This document shows positions 61,442 through 64,000 of a stretch of 64,000 nucleotides of DNA, piece after piece (the first letter of the stretch is position 1; every line of letters starts with the position of its first letter). The notes below the pieces were generated by a model, which searched no databases, was not told where the DNA came from, and worked only from the letters and a program-made list of their open reading frames with translations. The stretch is taken from positions 32,001-96,000 of the forward strand of contig JBDRCO010000065.1 of assembly GCA_043821645.1 (NCBI GenBank). Direction: 5' to 3'. The translations under genes and the position numbers were made by a program. Origin of the DNA: Pseudomonadota bacterium (lineage in GTDB: Bacteria > Myxococcota > JACRCW01 > JAFGSX01).

Positions 61442-62458
61442 CTACGCGAGGGCTTTCTTGCCGAAGAAATCGAGCTGGCCAGCGACGTCCTGCACCTTGT
61501 CGGCCGGCCGCATCCGCCGCGATGGAGTGCCGACCATCCGATCGTGGCAGGTGCCGGCCAGGACATCGCCCTCCCGGCAACCGCAGACCGAGGCAGCCAG
61601 CCCCAGCTTCTGCGCCACCTCGAGAAAGCGTCGCAATCCTCGCTCGCGCAGCGCGGGCTCCAGCACCTTGAACGATCGTCCGGCCTCGTCCTGCTGCCAC
61701 GAACGGCCCACGAAGCAGCCCTTGAGCACGTCGCGGTGCATGCGGCTCAGCACCCGGGACATGGCGCGGGCGCGCTCCGGCGTCAGCTGGAGGTAGGCCG
61801 CAGCCGCGCGGTGCATGCCGGTGCCACTGAAGGCAGTGCAGAATTCTTCGATGTCAGCCTGGGTATCATTGATGAGCGGGAGCAGCGGATCCGCCCGTCC
61901 GGCCACCCGGACCCCGCGCGAGGTCAGGGCGCGCGCGCAGCGCAGGCGCTCACCCGGGGTCGCGGCCCCCGGTTCCCACACCGCCGAGATGTCGGGTCGC
62001 ATGGACACGAAGGGAAGGATCACCCGTACTCGGTCCTGGATGGCGGCCAGCCGCTCGATGACCGTGCGCGACAGCATGGCGCGCGTGTGCAGGTACAGAT
62101 CGACACCGTGGGTGGACAGCGTCTCCATCGCCTCGAGCGCGATGTGCTGCACTTCAAGGGGTGCCAGGAAGGGGTCCCAGGTCTCTCCCACGTGGACCCG
62201 ATGTACCAGCTCCCCGCGAGCGCGCAGAGCCTTGAGCTCGAGCTCGGCACAGGCAGCGAGGTCCCTGGGAACATTCACCACGCCGAACAGGTCGCCCTCT
62301 TCGAGCGGCTCACCCTCGAGCGTGCCGGTCGGCCCGCCCAGTCCAAGGTCCAGTGACCACCCACCGCGCTCGCAGGCCCGCTCCAGCGGCTGCAGCACGG
62401 ACCGCTCGGCCTTGGTCAGCGCGTAGCGGGTACTGGGTCTGGTCACGTCACGCTCCAT
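61442..62458 (-). CDS. SplB/Rv2578c-like radical SAM homologue lacking the CxxxCxxC motif
   Basis: WDPF, WEPGAATPGERL, RADPLLPLIND and C-terminal VCGCRE match the family pattern; no Cys triad. Confidence 0.7.
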   Translation of the reverse strand: MERDVTRPSTRYALTKAERSVLQPLERACERGGWSLDLGLGGPTGTLEGEPLEEGDLFGVVNVPRDLAACAELELKALRARGELVHRVHVGETWDPFLAPLEVQHIALEAMETLSTHGVDLYLHTRAMLSRTVIERLAAIQDRVRVILPFVSMRPDISAVWEPGAATPGERLRCARALTSRGVRVAGRADPLLPLINDTQADIEEFCTAFSGTGMHRAAAAYLQLTPERARAMSRVLSRMHRDVLKGCFVGRSWQQDEAGRSFKVLEPALRERGLRRFLEVAQKLGLAASVCGCREGDVLAGTCHDRMVGTPSRRMRPADKVQDVAGQLDFFGKKALA

Positions 62459-62475
62459 CCTCTCTGAACAATTTC

Positions 62476-62505
62476 AATGTAGCCACCACCTGAACACATG
62501 TCCAG
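62476..62505 (-). promoter_or_regulatory. Sigma70 promoter overlapped by a Myxococcus-type LexA box
   Basis: TGGACA-N17-TACATT; CTGGACATGTGTTCAGG (62505-62489) matches CTRHAMRYBYGTTCAGS at 16 of 17 positions. Confidence 0.7.
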
Positions 62506-62618
62506 TCCTGCTTATGTTGCCATACAAAGATTAACATTACGTGGCCATATACGCAACCGGATCCGGATCAGATCCCAATCTGGATCCGCCACAGGATCTG
62601 AGGGGGGGCCGCTGCCGC

Positions 62619-63188
62619 TCAGGGAGCCGGTGTCAGGGTCAGGGTCAGATTGCCAGCCAGGGAGGCATCGACCTGAACGAGGTCCAGGCAGGCGCTGGCC
62701 ACGCGGGTGCCCTCGCCTCGCGCCTGGGCATGACCGGTGACGTGCAGCAGGTAGCTGCCGTGGTGCACGCTGCCCAGGTTGGCATCGGGAAAATACGCGG
62801 TGCCGGCCGTGGCCGCAAAGTTGACGAAGCCGCTGTGCGCGACGTTGAGCGAAGGATCCGTGACCGCCAGCGCGCCGGGCCACAGATCCGCACAGGTCCG
62901 TGTCGTGTCGTCGGCCGCAGACCGCGGATCCACGAACGCGAAGACCATGCTCTGCACCTGGCCGGTGAGACTGCTGCGCAGCATCACGTCCGCTCGTACC
63001 TGCTGTGTCTCGACCGCGAGGTCCTCACAGCGGGAGGCAATGCAGGCCCGCTCGATCTCCGTGGGACAGGCGGATCCGCAGGCGGACTCCACACGCTGGG
63101 CACAATCCCCGGGCAGCGTGCACTCGGCGTCGCCGCCCGGCGGAGCCGTGCACGCGGTCAGGAGCAAGAGTGTCCAGGCGCGCTGCAT
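62619..63188 (-). CDS. Hypothetical Cys-rich lipoprotein
   Basis: MQRAWTLLLLTAC lipobox followed by a Cys-rich segment. Confidence 0.7.
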   Translation of the reverse strand: MQRAWTLLLLTACTAPPGGDAECTLPGDCAQRVESACGSACPTEIERACIASRCEDLAVETQQVRADVMLRSSLTGQVQSMVFAFVDPRSAADDTTRTCADLWPGALAVTDPSLNVAHSGFVNFAATAGTAYFPDANLGSVHHGSYLLHVTGHAQARGEGTRVASACLDLVQVDASLAGNLTLTLTPAP

Positions 63189-63286
63189 GCCCAACGGTAG
63201 TGAGCGCCCCTCGTCGAGGTCAAGCGGCATTGTCCGTTGTGCCGGGGTGCGAGGACTGCTACAAGCGGCCCGTGCGTGAGCGTGCC

Positions 63287-64000
63287 ATGCGACTGCTCGC
63301 ATCCAAGAGGTTCCGCAGCAACCTCATCTTGACCGCGCTGTGGCTCACCATCGCCGTGCTGCTGGTACTGGTGCGCGAGGTCCTGCTCCCGTTCCTGCTG
63401 GCCATCTTCCTTGCCTACCTGCTGCAACCCCTGGTCCGCCGTCTGCGCCAGTTCACCGTGCGGGGGCGATCCATACCGCCTGCCCTGGCCACGCTGGCGC
63501 TGTACATCCTGTTCTTCACCCTGGTCGTGGTGCTCGGCCGGGTGACCTTCCCGCAGGTGGCGCGCGAGGTCGTCAAGCTCGGCCGCATCTCCACCGAGGC
63601 CGTGATCCGGCTGCGCCAGGACGCGCCGACCTGGCCAGACCGCGTCGAGGTGGTGCTCAATCGCTACAGCATCCCGGTGCACTTCGTGTGGGGCACCAAG
63701 GGCCTGCCCAGCAGCGTGCCCTCCGAGCCGATAGCGCTGCCCGAGGTCGACGCGGTGACAGGTCAGCTCACCGGTGAGCCGCGCGCGGCGCTGCTGGCGG
63801 TGGACCTCAAGAAGGAACTCAGCGGCTACGTCGCCGAGGTCACCGACCTCGTCAGCCAAGGCGTCGCGCTCGTCGTCACCCAGGCCCAGGGCCTGGTGCG
63901 CAACCTGTTCGGCTTCGTGTTCAAGACCTTCCTGGTGCTGATGATGTGCGCCTTCATCCTCGCCGACACCGAGCGCATCTCGCGCTTTGCCTTCTCGATC
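63287..64000 (+). CDS. AI-2E family transporter, runs off the right edge
   Basis: Translated by hand: MRLLASK...VREVLLPFLLAIFLAYLLQPLVRRL family signature. Confidence 0.85.
   Translation, partial: MRLLASKRFRSNLILTALWLTIAVLLVLVREVLLPFLLAIFLAYLLQPLVRRLRQFTVRGRSIPPALATLALYILFFTLVVVLGRVTFPQVAREVVKLGRISTEAVIRLRQDAPTWPDRVEVVLNRYSIPVHFVWGTKGLPSSVPSEPIALPEVDAVTGQLTGEPRAALLAVDLKKELSGYVAEVTDLVSQGVALVVTQAQGLVRNLFGFVFKTFLVLMMCAFILADTERISRFAFSI

Overview
High-GC bacterial chromosome segment, most likely Myxococcota-like. This rests on a MYXO-CTERM tail, an AgmX/PglI-type TonB-C protein, a VegA-like protein, a giant TPR protein and a Myxococcus-type LexA box. In order it holds: a lipid/CoA metabolism cluster (1-7.8 kb); a Ser/Thr kinase-TPR-sigma54 activator-lipoprotein module; tRNA-Lys and tRNA-Glu; a ~1780-aa TPR protein; an rpmJ-rpsM-rpsK-rpsD-rpoA-rplQ operon detached from the spc cluster; an ECF sigma factor with an unusual anti-sigma fusion; two tandem unknown paralogues; a two-component system; a frameshifted radical SAM gene; pdaD-speB; several envelope proteins; a ~1900-codon methyltransferase-like/coiled-coil frame split by one TAG; nadA; and a LexA-boxed radical-SAM-like gene lacking its cluster motif. 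No CRISPR array, rRNA, transposase, integrase or phage gene was seen. Best candidates for new biology: (1) an ECF sigma whose zinc-finger anti-sigma is fused to an FHA/TM/TonB-C gliding-type protein, (2) a structured RNA between rpsK and rpsD, (3) the secretin-N-only gene plus two Ig-like paralogues, (4) the cluster-less SOS radical SAM homologue. All family calls are motif recognition by eye; no searches were run.
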